Shown in pieces: positions 17,423 through 27,526 of a DNA stretch of 64,000 bases. The DNA is taken from assembly GCA_046290465.1 (NCBI GenBank), contig JBKAGP010000001.1, positions 5,536,001 through 5,600,000 of the forward strand, read 5' to 3'. The DNA comes from Planctomycetota bacterium. GTDB lineage: Bacteria; Planctomycetota; UBA1135; UBA2386. The first letter of the stretch is position 1, and each line of letters begins with the position of its first letter. The notes below the pieces were generated by a model that worked only from the letters and a program-made list of their open reading frames with translations, was not told where the DNA came from and did not search any database. The translations under genes and the position numbers were made by a program.

Positions 17423-18082
17423 GTGACCGACGCCGAGTTCGTTCCGTTCTCCGATCGCTACGTGCCGCCGGTGCCTCCGGAGGAGGCGCTGCGCACGTTC
17501 CACGAAGCGCTGCGGCGCCGCCGCAGCGTGCGCGAGTTCAGCGACCGGCCGGTGCCGCGCGAGACCATCGAGTGGCTGGTGCGCTGCGCGCACACCTCGC
17601 CGAGCGGCGCCAACAAGCAGCCGTGGCGGTTCGTCTGCGTGCAGGACCAGGCGGTCAAGCAGAAGATCCGCGAGGCGGCCGAGAAGGAGGAGCGCGAGTT
17701 CTACGAACGGCGCGCCAACGAGGAGTGGCTCGACGACCTGGCGCCGCTCGGCACCGACGACACCAAGGAGTTCCTGACGGTCGCGCCGTGGCTGGTGGTG
17801 GTGTTCCAGATGACCAAGGACGACGACGGCGGCCAGGTCTACTACCTCAAGGAGTCGGTCGGGCTGGCGTCGGGCATGTTCCTCGCAGCCGCGCAGCTCG
17901 CCGGCCTCGCGACGCTGACCCACACGCCGTCGCCGATGAAGTTCCTCGGCGACGTGCTCGGTCGGCCCGAGAGCGAACGTGCGTTCCTGCTGATCCCGGT
18001 CGGCTACCCGACGGACGACTGCAAGGTGCCCAAGAAGGCGCTGCAGCGGCGGCCGCTCGACGACGTGATGGTGGTGGTCTGA
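17423..18082 (+). CDS. Nitroreductase family, iodotyrosine deiodinase-like
   Basis: RRRSVREF, SPSGANKQPWRF, EKEEREFY, YYLKESVGLASG, LTHTPSPM. Confidence 0.85.
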   Translation: MTDAEFVPFSDRYVPPVPPEEALRTFHEALRRRRSVREFSDRPVPRETIEWLVRCAHTSPSGANKQPWRFVCVQDQAVKQKIREAAEKEEREFYERRANEEWLDDLAPLGTDDTKEFLTVAPWLVVVFQMTKDDDGGQVYYLKESVGLASGMFLAAAQLAGLATLTHTPSPMKFLGDVLGRPESERAFLLIPVGYPTDDCKVPKKALQRRPLDDVMVVV

Positions 18083-18132
18083 CGGCGGGCCCCGCCGAGG
18101 TTCGCGCCCTCGGCTAGACTGAGGCTCGCCCC

Positions 18133-19518
18133 ATGCCCCACACCTCGAAGCTCGTCCGGGCCGCGGCCGTCGCCGCGCTCGCGTTTCCGCTCGCCGCCCA
18201 GAACGTCTGGACCCAGGTCGTCACCGCCAACGCGCCGAGCCGCGGCCTGTGGCCCGGCATGACGTTCGCCACCGCGACCGGCGCCTGCTACCTCTACGGC
18301 GGCGCGGGCGGCGGCACGACCAGCAACGAGACCTGGTCGTACGACGGAGTCGACTGGACCCTGCTGGCGACGACCGGCGATCCCGGCGAACGCCACACGT
18401 TCGGCATCTGCTACGACGAGGTCCGCAGCGTCGTGGTGATGTTCGGCGGCAGCGACAACAACTACGTGGCCAACGGCGAGACCTGGGAGTTCGATCCGCT
18501 GACCAGCACCTGGACCGACGCGACGCCGGCCGCCGGCCCCGGCCCGCAGGCGCGGTGGGGCTGCAAGCTCGCCTACGACATCAGCCGCAACGTCACCGTG
18601 CTGTACGGCGGCTGGTCGGGTGCGGGCTTCACCAACGACACCTGGGAGTGGGACGGCACCGCCTGGACCCAGGTGACGACCAACAACCTGCCGTCGCCGC
18701 GCGATCGCTTCGGCATGTGCTACGACCTCTTGCGCAGCCGGGTGGTGCTGTTCGGTGGCATCAGCAGCCAGGCCTCCGACGAGACCTGGGAATACGACGG
18801 GGCCGACTGGACGCTGGTGGCGACGGCGACGACGCCGCCCGCGCGGCAGAAGAACTACCTCGCCTACGACGTGCTGCGCGGCGTCAGCATCATGCAGGGC
18901 GGCCAGGCCAACGCGCAGCAGCTGCTCGACTGCTGGGAGTACGACGGTAGCAACTGGCGGCTGGTGCCGAGCACGCCGGCGCCGGCGCGCGGCGAAAACG
19001 CGACCTGCTACGACCTGCTGCGCGGGCGCGTGGTGGTGTTCGGTGGCTACAGCTTCAACGGCGTCAACACCGACACGTGGGAGTTTGCGCCGGCGACGAC
19101 GCCGCAGTTCACCAGCTACGGCGCCGGCTGCGTCGGTTCGGCCGGCGTGCCGAACCTCGCCGCGACCGGCGGCGTGCTGCCGGCGATCGGTGCCAACTTC
19201 GGCTTCACGATCGGCAACCTGCCGGCCGCCGGTGGCGCGGGCGTGCTCGCGGTCGGCGAGAGCAACTACCAGCTCGGCGCCCTGCCGCTGCCGTTCGACG
19301 CCGGCCTGATCGGCTGGACCGGCTGCACCGTCTACGTCGCGCCGATCGGCAGCGTCGGCTTCGTGCACCCGGCCGGGGTCGGCAGCGTGCCGCTGGCGAT
19401 CCCCAACGACCCGCTGCTGGCGGGCTTCACGTTCCACGCGCAGGCGGCGAGCCTCGATGCGACCGCGCCCAACGGCGCGGTGGCGCTCAGCGCGGCGGTC
19501 GAGGTGATCGTCAACTGA
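18133..19518 (+). CDS. Secreted Kelch-like beta-propeller protein with C-terminal beta domain
   Basis: Six YD..R...V.FGG......TWEYDG..W repeats; signal LAA|Q; YGAGC linker. Confidence 0.88.
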   Translation: MPHTSKLVRAAAVAALAFPLAAQNVWTQVVTANAPSRGLWPGMTFATATGACYLYGGAGGGTTSNETWSYDGVDWTLLATTGDPGERHTFGICYDEVRSVVVMFGGSDNNYVANGETWEFDPLTSTWTDATPAAGPGPQARWGCKLAYDISRNVTVLYGGWSGAGFTNDTWEWDGTAWTQVTTNNLPSPRDRFGMCYDLLRSRVVLFGGISSQASDETWEYDGADWTLVATATTPPARQKNYLAYDVLRGVSIMQGGQANAQQLLDCWEYDGSNWRLVPSTPAPARGENATCYDLLRGRVVVFGGYSFNGVNTDTWEFAPATTPQFTSYGAGCVGSAGVPNLAATGGVLPAIGANFGFTIGNLPAAGGAGVLAVGESNYQLGALPLPFDAGLIGWTGCTVYVAPIGSVGFVHPAGVGSVPLAIPNDPLLAGFTFHAQAASLDATAPNGAVALSAAVEVIVN

Positions 19519-19525
19519 ACGGCGC

Positions 19526-21001
19526 TCACAGGCTGGTCTGCTTCCACCTGCCGCGGCGGAACAGCACGACCGCCATCGCCGCGAACGCGCACTCCGAGAT
19601 CGGGATCGCCCAGAACACGCCGACCGGTCCCCAGTCGAGCCAGAACGCCAGCGCGCCGGCGAGCGGCAGCTGCAGCACCCACAGCGTCCAGAACGTGATC
19701 CACGTCGGCGTCTTGGTGTCGCCGGCGCCGTTGAACGCCTGCATCGCGACCATGCCCCAGGCGTAGAACACGTAGCCGGACGCGACGATGCGCAGCGTGT
19801 CGAGCGCGTAACCCTGCACCTCCTTGCCGCTGGCGAACGCGTTGACGATCGGCTCGGGGAACACCTCCATCACCACCGTGACGAAGGCCAGGAACAGCAT
19901 GTCGTAGAAGCCGGTCAGCCAGACGGCCTTCTCGGCGCGGTCGGGGCGGCCGGCGCCGAGGTTCTGGCCGACCAGGGTCGCCGCCGCGTTGCTCAGTCCC
20001 CAGGCCGGCAGCAGCGCGAACAGCAGGATGCGGATGCCGGTCGTGTAGCCGGCGCCGGCCTGCTCGCCGAAGCTGTTGACGAACTTGGTCAGGAACAGCC
20101 AGCTGCTGGTGCCGATCAGGAACTGGCCGATCGTGCCGAACGACAGCCTGGTCATCTGCCACATCGGCGCGAACTCGAACGACACCAGCCGGGGCAGGCG
20201 GATCCGGCCGTTGCCGCGGGTCAACAGCCAGAACTGGTAGAGCACCGCGACCGTGCGGCCGGTGCAGGTCGCGATCGCCGCGCCCTCGACGCCCAGCTGC
20301 GGGAACGGGCCCCAGCCGAAGATCAGGCACGGGTCGAGGATCAGGTTGAGGCCGTTGCTGACCGTCAGCACCTTGAGCGCCAGCATCGGGTCGCCGGCGC
20401 CGCGGAAGATCGCGTTCTGCAGGAACAGCAGCGTGATGATCACGGTGCTGGCCAAGGACCAGCGCGCGTAGCCGGAGCCGACGTCGAGCACGTTCTGGTT
20501 GCCGTCCGACATCAGCGCCAGCAGTTCGGGCGCGAACCAGGCGGCCGGCACGGCCAGCACGACGCCGACGAGCACGCCGAGGCCGATCGCCTGGCTGCCG
20601 GCCGCGGCGGCGCCGTCGAGGTCCTTCTCGCCGACGCGGCGCGCGACCATCGCGGTCACCGCCATGCCGAGACCGAACGCGATCGCGTAGACCAGCGACA
20701 GCACGCCCTCGGTCATGCCGATGGCCGCGACCGCGCCGCCGTCGGTCGGCACCGAGCCGAACCAGCCGTCGTCGATGCGGTTGACCCACCAGATGTCGAC
20801 CAGCGCGAACAGCGACTCGAGGCCCATCTCGAGCACCATCGGGACGGCCAGCAGCAGGATTGCGCTCGGCAGCGCCAGGCGCGTGTAGTCGTGCTGCTCG
20901 CCCCGCAGGCTGCCGATCACGTTGGCCCAGAAGGAGCGCTTCGCGATCGGGTCGTCGGGGTCGATGGGGGTGTCGGGATCGGGGGCTCTGGGGGCGCTCA
21001 A
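19526..21001 (-). CDS. MATE family efflux transporter
   Basis: LAVPMVLEM, NLILDPCLIFG...LGVEGAAIAT, LVGQNLGAG; TTG start at 21001 inferred from a GGAGAG RBS. Confidence 0.92.
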   Translation of the reverse strand: MSAPRAPDPDTPIDPDDPIAKRSFWANVIGSLRGEQHDYTRLALPSAILLLAVPMVLEMGLESLFALVDIWWVNRIDDGWFGSVPTDGGAVAAIGMTEGVLSLVYAIAFGLGMAVTAMVARRVGEKDLDGAAAAGSQAIGLGVLVGVVLAVPAAWFAPELLALMSDGNQNVLDVGSGYARWSLASTVIITLLFLQNAIFRGAGDPMLALKVLTVSNGLNLILDPCLIFGWGPFPQLGVEGAAIATCTGRTVAVLYQFWLLTRGNGRIRLPRLVSFEFAPMWQMTRLSFGTIGQFLIGTSSWLFLTKFVNSFGEQAGAGYTTGIRILLFALLPAWGLSNAAATLVGQNLGAGRPDRAEKAVWLTGFYDMLFLAFVTVVMEVFPEPIVNAFASGKEVQGYALDTLRIVASGYVFYAWGMVAMQAFNGAGDTKTPTWITFWTLWVLQLPLAGALAFWLDWGPVGVFWAIPISECAFAAMAVVLFRRGRWKQTSL

Positions 21002-21042
21002 GGGGGCTCTCCGCCGCGCAGCGGGTTCGCGGCCGCGGGAGC

Positions 21043-22254
21043 TTACCCGTGCTGCCGCCAGAACGTGTGCGACAACTGGCGCCCGGATCCGTTCGCGCGC
21101 GTCTGCTGGCGGATCCGTTCGCGGCTCCACAGGCCGAGCACGCCGATCGCCGTGCACATCAGGATCACAAGCGCGCGGCCGCGCGGATCGTGCGGTGGGT
21201 TCGGCTCGGCATGCTCGCCGGCGTGCGGTCGATCGAGTGCGTCGACGTCGATCGCGCGCAGCGTGGTGCAGCGGCTACGCTGCAGCGCCTGCCGGGTCCG
21301 CTGGCGCACGTCGGCGGCGGCGAGCGGCCACAGCTCGTGCACGGCGTCGCGGGCGGCGATCGTCGTCCACGGCAGATCGGGCGCCGCGGCGTCGACGATG
21401 CGCGGCAGCTCACCGGCAGCGTGCCGGCGGATCAGCGCGTCGATCGCGGTCAGCCGGACGTCGTCGTCGGCCAGCAGCAGCGAGCGCAGCGTGTCGACGT
21501 CGAGCTCGCGGTCGGCGCGGCCGAGCTGGCGGGCGGCCTCGTGCTGGTCGGGGTCGCGCGCCGCGAACGCGCGCAGCTGCAGCGCGGTGGGTTCGGCGTC
21601 GCCGTCGGCGACTGCCATCATCAGCAGCGCCAGCGGCAGCATCAGGCCGCCTTCGCTGCGGCCGCGCACGTGCACGGCGCCCTGGGCGCGCCACGCCAGC
21701 CAGGTGGCGTCGCCGCACATCATCGGGCAGATCCGCAGCAGCGTCGCGCGCGGGTCGCCCTCGATCATGCAGCCGCCGAGATGGCCGGCGAGCACCGGCA
21801 CCGCCAGCGAGCGCGGGGTCTCGAGCACGTCGGCCTCGAGCGCCTGCAGCAGCGCGTGCCAGCGCGACGGCAGTTCGAAGCCGGGCTGCACCGTCCATTG
21901 CTCGCGGCCGTTGCGTTCGCAGCGCCACAGCAGCGACGGACCGCCGTTCTCCGCGGTGAACGACGCGGTGCCGATCGCGACCGCGCCTGCCGGCACCTCG
22001 ACCTTGGTCGCGCCGACCGTGACGCCGGCGGCCGAGAACGTCAACGCCAGCGGGCCGTGCGGGTCGAGGCCGTCGGGCCACGACGGCAGCGTCGGCAGGA
22101 AGTCCTCGCACAGCCACGCGACGGCGGGCGTGCCGCCGCGGTGCTCGCTCGCCGCGATCGCGGCGTGCAGCCGGGGGCCCTGGGCGACCGTCGCCGCCGT
22201 CAGCGTGGCCGTCAGCAGCCACAGCCGCAGCACGCGGCTACTGGAAGCGCTCAT
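21043..22254 (-). CDS. Hypothetical exported protein with helical (HEAT-like) region and C-terminal TM anchor
   Basis: Signal TVA|Q; overlaps the stop of the upstream gene; C-terminal hydrophobic helix. Confidence 0.7.
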   Translation of the reverse strand: MSASSSRVLRLWLLTATLTAATVAQGPRLHAAIAASEHRGGTPAVAWLCEDFLPTLPSWPDGLDPHGPLALTFSAAGVTVGATKVEVPAGAVAIGTASFTAENGGPSLLWRCERNGREQWTVQPGFELPSRWHALLQALEADVLETPRSLAVPVLAGHLGGCMIEGDPRATLLRICPMMCGDATWLAWRAQGAVHVRGRSEGGLMLPLALLMMAVADGDAEPTALQLRAFAARDPDQHEAARQLGRADRELDVDTLRSLLLADDDVRLTAIDALIRRHAAGELPRIVDAAAPDLPWTTIAARDAVHELWPLAAADVRQRTRQALQRSRCTTLRAIDVDALDRPHAGEHAEPNPPHDPRGRALVILMCTAIGVLGLWSRERIRQQTRANGSGRQLSHTFWRQHG

Positions 22255-23536
22255 CCTCGAGCGCGGCGCCGTCGGCGGAGACCGCCTGTTGGTCGTCTTC
22301 CCAGCCCTCGGTGTCGTATTCCTCGCCCTCGTAGGCCTCGTCGTCGTACTGCTCGTCGACCTCCTGGTCGTCTTCGTACGCGCCCTGCTCGTCTTCGTAC
22401 GCCTCGTCGTCGTAGGCGCCGTCCTCGTAGCCGCCGTCGTCGTAGCTGTCCTGGTCCTCGAGGTACTCGTCGGAGGGCGCGACCAGCGCTGCGGCTGCCT
22501 GCGCATCGGCTTCGTGGGCGCGGCGGCGGGCGGCGCGGCGCAGCAGCCAGAGCATCACGATCAGCGCGACCGGGATCGCGCCGAACATCGCCTTGCTGGT
22601 CACGGGCTGGCCGTTCCACCAGTCCGCGGCGCGCGTGCCGAGCACCTTGGCGTTGTGGGTCGCGCGCTCGAGTTCGTCCTCGGGTGGGGCGGTGCCCTCG
22701 CCCTGCAGCTGGGCGATCGCGACCTCGAGCAGCGGTCGGAGTTCTTCGTCCTCCTTGGCGAGTCGGCCCTGCAGCGCGGTCGCCGACTTCGGGTCGCCGA
22801 GCTCGGTCAGGCGCGTGATCGCGTAGCGGCGCAGCAGCGTCTCCTTGTGGTCGAGCACGGCGACCAGCACGGTGGTCTCCTTGTCGGCGTCGAGCTTCGG
22901 CGACAGCGTCTGGAAGGTGTAGGTCAGCGCGTCGCCGCAGCCCTCGGGGTTGCCGTCGCCGACGCCGGCCGCGATGCGCAGCAGATGTTGCGAGGCGCCG
23001 AGGTCCGCCAGCGTCAGCAGCGCCAGCTTGACGTCGGTGGCGGTGCCCGCGGTCGCGTTGGTCGATTCGGTACGCACCAGCTGCAGCAGCGGGTCGATCG
23101 AGGCCGGCCGGCGGAGCTTGCCGAGCACCTTGACCGCCAGCGTGCGCACGCGTCGATCGAGGTCCTCGAGCGCGCCGATCGCGATCGACGTCGCCGACGC
23201 ATCGCCGTGCAGCAGGATGCCCTGCAGCGCCTGCAGGCGCGCTTCGGCGAACGGGCTCGACTCGATGATCGCCGGCAGCGCGGCGAGGTGCGCCGCGTTC
23301 TTGCTGTGGGCGAGCAGCCAGGCGGCGCGGGCGGCGATCGCCTCGTCGTCCCCGAGGGCGAGCTTGCCGAGCGCTGCGGCGTCGGCATATTCGCCGGCCT
23401 TCTCGAGCTGCGCGAGCTGCTCACGAGGGCCCTGTGGATCCTGCGCCGGCGCCACCTGCTCGACGGCAGGGGGCGCTTGTGCGGCAGGTTGTTGCGGCGA
23501 CACCAGCGACAGCAGGCACAGTTCGATCAGACCCAT
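22238..23536 (-). CDS. HEAT repeat membrane protein with acidic Tyr-rich C-terminal tail
   Basis: L.D.D..VR..A...LG repeats, TM helix, D/E/Y-rich tail. Confidence 0.82.
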   Translation of the reverse strand: MGLIELCLLSLVSPQQPAAQAPPAVEQVAPAQDPQGPREQLAQLEKAGEYADAAALGKLALGDDEAIAARAAWLLAHSKNAAHLAALPAIIESSPFAEARLQALQGILLHGDASATSIAIGALEDLDRRVRTLAVKVLGKLRRPASIDPLLQLVRTESTNATAGTATDVKLALLTLADLGASQHLLRIAAGVGDGNPEGCGDALTYTFQTLSPKLDADKETTVLVAVLDHKETLLRRYAITRLTELGDPKSATALQGRLAKEDEELRPLLEVAIAQLQGEGTAPPEDELERATHNAKVLGTRAADWWNGQPVTSKAMFGAIPVALIVMLWLLRRAARRRAHEADAQAAAALVAPSDEYLEDQDSYDDGGYEDGAYDDEAYEDEQGAYEDDQEVDEQYDDEAYEGEEYDTEGWEDDQQAVSADGAALEDERFQ

Positions 23537-23640
23537 CGGCATCCTCTTGTCGGCCCTCATCGGCCGGAGTGGGGTGACTCCTGCAGTACAGATCCCGGTC
23601 AAGCCGGATCTGCGACCCCGTCGATATCCGGAGGGTCAAG

Positions 23641-25044
23641 ATGCCAAGCGCTGCCGACACGCACCTCGACCCTGCACCGCGACCGCGGCTCGGGGTCGAC
23701 AGCAAGCGGATGCTCGCACGCAACCTGGGTCTCGTGTTGGGACTCGGCGCGGTCGCGTACGCGTGCGGCCTGTCGCTTGCGACGAGCCTGCTGCTGGCAT
23801 CGTCGACGTGGCTGGCGATGTTCGTCGAACGGCTGGCCGTCACCCGCGAGGCCGGCGCCCGCATGCAGGTGGTCAGCGCGGCGGCGCAGACCGAGGGGCA
23901 GCGCGATGCGATCGCCCAGGTGATGTCGCTGGAGCTCGCCTACGAACGTTCGCGCTCGGTGCTCGAGGCGCTGCGCGAGGGCGTGCTGGTGGTCGACGAG
24001 GTCGGCGAAATCGTGCTGGCCAATCCGGCGGCGCGGCGCGCGATGGAGATGCCCGAGCGTGGCCCGGTCGGGCGGGTGCTCTGGGAGGCGCTGCCCGCCG
24101 AACTCGCCGGACGCGCGCGCGAGGCGTTCGACGCGCTGCAAGAACGACCGCGCCACCAGGACGAACTGCCGCAGATCCGCTACTCCGGCGTGCCGTGCTA
24201 CGACAGCGTCTACGACCTGACCGCGGTGCAGGCCAAGTCGCTGCGCACCGGCCAGGACTTCGGCATCGTGTTCCTGCTGGTCGACACGACCCGCACGCAC
24301 GAACTGCAGCGCATCAAGGACCGGTTCCTGTCGAACGTCAGCCACGAGCTGCGCACGCCGCTGACCAACATCTGCGCCTTCTCCGAGATCCTGTGCAACA
24401 TGCTGCCGGGCGAGTCGGTGGAGTGGCCCGAGTTCGTGCGCGTGATCCACGAACAGGGCATCGAGCTGAGCGAGCTGGTCGACGCGATGTTCGACTTCCT
24501 GCAGCTCGAGAGCGGCGAGGCCGAGTTCGTCAACGAGCCGGTCGACGGCGTCGGCTCGGTGCAGAAGGTGGTGGGCAAGCGCCAGTCGAAGGCGGATGCT
24601 CGCGGCATCACCCTGGAGGTCGTCGTCGACGAACACACGCCGACCCTGCACGCCGACCGGCGTCGCTTCGAACAGGTCGTGCGCCACCTGCTCGACAACG
24701 CGATCAAGTTCAGTCCGGAGAACGGCCACGTGCGGGTCACGGTGACGGCGCGCGACGAGGGCTTCGAGCTGCGCATCGAGGACAACGGGCCTGGCGTCGC
24801 GCCGGAGGATCGCGACGCGGTGTTCGAGAAGTTCAACCAGCTGCCCGACCAGATGACCGAGAAACCGTCCGGCACCGGCATCGGCCTCGCGACCAGCCGC
24901 GCGATCGTCGCGCGCTTCGGCGGCCTGATCTGGTGCGAGGGCTCGGAGTCCGGCGGCGCGTGCTTCGTGGTGCTGCTGCCCGCCAAGGACCAGCCGCGGC
25001 TGGCGGGCTTCGGCGCCGGGCTCGGCGCCGGCGGCGGCTTCTGA
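23641..25044 (+). CDS. PAS-domain sensor histidine kinase
   Basis: EGVLVVD...I.LANPAA PAS; SHELRTPL, LLDNAIKFS, DNGPG, GTGIGL. Confidence 0.93.
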   Translation: MPSAADTHLDPAPRPRLGVDSKRMLARNLGLVLGLGAVAYACGLSLATSLLLASSTWLAMFVERLAVTREAGARMQVVSAAAQTEGQRDAIAQVMSLELAYERSRSVLEALREGVLVVDEVGEIVLANPAARRAMEMPERGPVGRVLWEALPAELAGRAREAFDALQERPRHQDELPQIRYSGVPCYDSVYDLTAVQAKSLRTGQDFGIVFLLVDTTRTHELQRIKDRFLSNVSHELRTPLTNICAFSEILCNMLPGESVEWPEFVRVIHEQGIELSELVDAMFDFLQLESGEAEFVNEPVDGVGSVQKVVGKRQSKADARGITLEVVVDEHTPTLHADRRRFEQVVRHLLDNAIKFSPENGHVRVTVTARDEGFELRIEDNGPGVAPEDRDAVFEKFNQLPDQMTEKPSGTGIGLATSRAIVARFGGLIWCEGSESGGACFVVLLPAKDQPRLAGFGAGLGAGGGF

Positions 25045-25079
25045 GCGCGCGCGCCAGATCGGCGATTGCTCAGGATCGA

Positions 25080-25637
25080 CTACTTGCTCAGCAGCTTGTC
25101 GACGGTGTCGCTCAGGCTCTTCATGCCGGCGCTCTTGCCGATCGCCATCGCCTCGTCCTTGCTCTTGCCGTCGATCCACGCGGCCTTCAGCGCGAACATC
25201 GCGCCGACCCGGTTGCTCGAGCCACAGCTGACCAGCACGGTCTCGTCGCCGTAGCTGTCGAGCTTGCTCGCGAACGCCTCGACGTTCTCGCGGGTCAGGC
25301 CCTTGCCGCCCGCGATCTCCAGGCGCTCGAACCGGACGTCGGCCTTGGCGGCGCGCTCCTCTTCCCAGCCGGTGCCGCTCTCGCCCTTGGTGCGCAGGTG
25401 CAGCACGTGGGTGATGCCGGCGGCCTCGAGCTTGTCGAACTGCTCCTCGGTCGGCTGCCCCGAGCAGAACACGTGGTCCATCGGCGCCGACGGGTTCTTG
25501 ATGCCCAGCTGCTCGAGCGTGGCGACGTCGCCGCCAGCCTGGCCGCTGCCTTGCTCGTGGTCACCGGATTCGGGGGAACTGCAGGCGGCGGCGAGGGTCA
25601 TCGCGGCGGCCAGGGGCAGGGCTAGGTAGCGTCGCAT
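25080..25637 (-). CDS. DUF442/phosphatase-like (beta-lactamase-hydrolase-like) lipoprotein
   Basis: LAAA|C lipobox; SGQPT, GITHVLHLR, LVSCGSSNRVG. Confidence 0.8.
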   Translation of the reverse strand: MRRYLALPLAAAMTLAAACSSPESGDHEQGSGQAGGDVATLEQLGIKNPSAPMDHVFCSGQPTEEQFDKLEAAGITHVLHLRTKGESGTGWEEERAAKADVRFERLEIAGGKGLTRENVEAFASKLDSYGDETVLVSCGSSNRVGAMFALKAAWIDGKSKDEAMAIGKSAGMKSLSDTVDKLLSK

Positions 25638-25772
25638 GCGCACAGCTAACCATGCCAACGACGGATTCCCAACAGCCGGCCCGTTCCCAACCAGCCAACC
25701 CCCGTCGGGTGACCTCCGGCAGCGGTTCTGCGTAGGGGGAACGCCCGTTGCGAGGGTGCGGCATCGGGACCG

Positions 25773-27491
25773 ATGGCGGGGGAGATGAGAAGCCTCTGGT
25801 GGGCCCCCCTGGCGCTGACGGTTGCGTGCAGCCGCCCGCCCGCGCCGGGCGACGACTGCGAGCTGTGCGCCGGCGACGTCGGTGCGGCACAGGCTGCGGG
25901 CGGCGCACCGGAGCAGGCGTCGTCGGTGCTGTTCGACACCAGCGACTTCCCGCCGAGGTGGTACTGCGGCACCTGGTCGGACGTGCACGGTTGGGTGCAC
26001 ATCTTCGCGGACGTCGCGACCTGGCTCGCCTACATGGCGATCCCGACGATGCTGCTGCTGATCATCCGCAAGCGGTCCGACATCCCGTTCCCGGGCCTGC
26101 TGGCGCTGTTCGGCGCGTTCATCATCTGCTGCGGCGCGACCCACCTGCTCGAAGCGGTGATGTTCTGGTGGCCGGCGTACCGGTTCATGGGACTGGTCAA
26201 GGTGCTGACCGCCGGGATCTCGGTGATCACGGCCGTCGTGCTGGTGTTCGAGCTGCCCAAGTTCTTCCAGATGCGCTCGCCCAAGCAGCTCGAGGACGAG
26301 GTGTCGCGACGCACGGCCGAACTCGAACAGGCGCGCGTCGCCGCCCAGGCCGCCGCCGAGGCGCGCGCGCGCTTCACCGCCAACGTCAGCCACGAGCTGC
26401 GCACGCCGATGGCGGCGATCCTCGGCTTCGCCGAGCTGCTCGACCACGACACGCGGCTCGCGCCCGAGCATCGCGACCGGCTCGGCGTGATCCGGCGCAA
26501 CGGCGAGCACCTGATCTCGGTGATCAACGACGTGCTCGACCTGTCGCGCAGCGACGCGGGCATGATGCCGATCGCGTCCGAGCCGACCGACGTGCAGCTG
26601 CTGCTGTCGGACGCGGTCGAGATGTTCGCGGCGCAGGCGCGCAGCAAGGGGCTGCAGCTGCTGCGGTCGCTGCCGGCCGAACGCACGACGCTGGTGGTCG
26701 ATCCCAAGCGGCTGCGGCAGATCGTCATCAACCTGGTCGGCAACGCGATCAAGTTCACCGACCGCGGTGAGGTCGAGGTGCACGCCGAGGTGCTCGCCGG
26801 TGCGAGTCCCGAGTCGGCGCGGCTGCGCCTCGACGTGCGCGACAGCGGCATCGGCATGAGTGATGCGCAGGCGGCGAAGGTGTTCGACGAGTACGCGCAG
26901 GCGGACGACACGATGTCGCGCCGGTTCGGCGGCAGCGGGCTCGGCCTGACGATCAGCAAGCGCTTCGCCGATGCGATGGCCGGCGAGCTGTCCGTGCTGC
27001 GCTCGGCGCCCGGCGAGGGCACCACGATGCGCCTCGAACTCGAGCTGCAGCGCGCCGCGCCGGCGGCGGCGGCGCGGCCATCGGGTGCTGCGGCCGCTGC
27101 CCTGCCGCGGCTCGACGCGCGCCGCATCCTGGTCGTCGACGACGCGCCCGACAACCGCACGCTGCTGCAGACGGTGTTGTCGGCGTCGGGTGCCGAGGTC
27201 GATTGCGCCGACGACGGGCAATCGGCGCTCGACCTGCTGGGCGCGGTCGGCGGCTCGCCGTTCGACCTCGTGCTGATGGACCTGCAGATGCCGCGCGTCG
27301 ACGGCCTCGAGGCGACGCGTCGGCTGCGCGCCGGCGGGGACCGCACGCCGATCCTGGCGCTGACGGCCAACGCCAGCGACGAGGATCGCGCGGCGACGCT
27401 CGCGGCCGGCTGCGACGGCCACCTCAGCAAGCCGATCCGGCGCGCTGCGCTGCTGCAGGCGGTGGCCGCGGCACTTTCGGATCCGGGGTAG
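25773..27491 (+). CDS. Hybrid histidine kinase with ethylene-receptor-like membrane domain
   Basis: ADVATWLAYMAIP and FGAFIICCGATHL; SHELRTPM, NLVGNAIKFT, GGSGLGL; receiver domain LVVDD...LMDLQMP...LTA...SKP. Confidence 0.92.
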   Translation: MAGEMRSLWWAPLALTVACSRPPAPGDDCELCAGDVGAAQAAGGAPEQASSVLFDTSDFPPRWYCGTWSDVHGWVHIFADVATWLAYMAIPTMLLLIIRKRSDIPFPGLLALFGAFIICCGATHLLEAVMFWWPAYRFMGLVKVLTAGISVITAVVLVFELPKFFQMRSPKQLEDEVSRRTAELEQARVAAQAAAEARARFTANVSHELRTPMAAILGFAELLDHDTRLAPEHRDRLGVIRRNGEHLISVINDVLDLSRSDAGMMPIASEPTDVQLLLSDAVEMFAAQARSKGLQLLRSLPAERTTLVVDPKRLRQIVINLVGNAIKFTDRGEVEVHAEVLAGASPESARLRLDVRDSGIGMSDAQAAKVFDEYAQADDTMSRRFGGSGLGLTISKRFADAMAGELSVLRSAPGEGTTMRLELELQRAAPAAAARPSGAAAAALPRLDARRILVVDDAPDNRTLLQTVLSASGAEVDCADDGQSALDLLGAVGGSPFDLVLMDLQMPRVDGLEATRRLRAGGDRTPILALTANASDEDRAATLAAGCDGHLSKPIRRAALLQAVAAALSDPG

Positions 27492-27526
27492 TTGCGCGTC
27501 GTCGCGGCGCTTGCTCAGGTGCTCGG

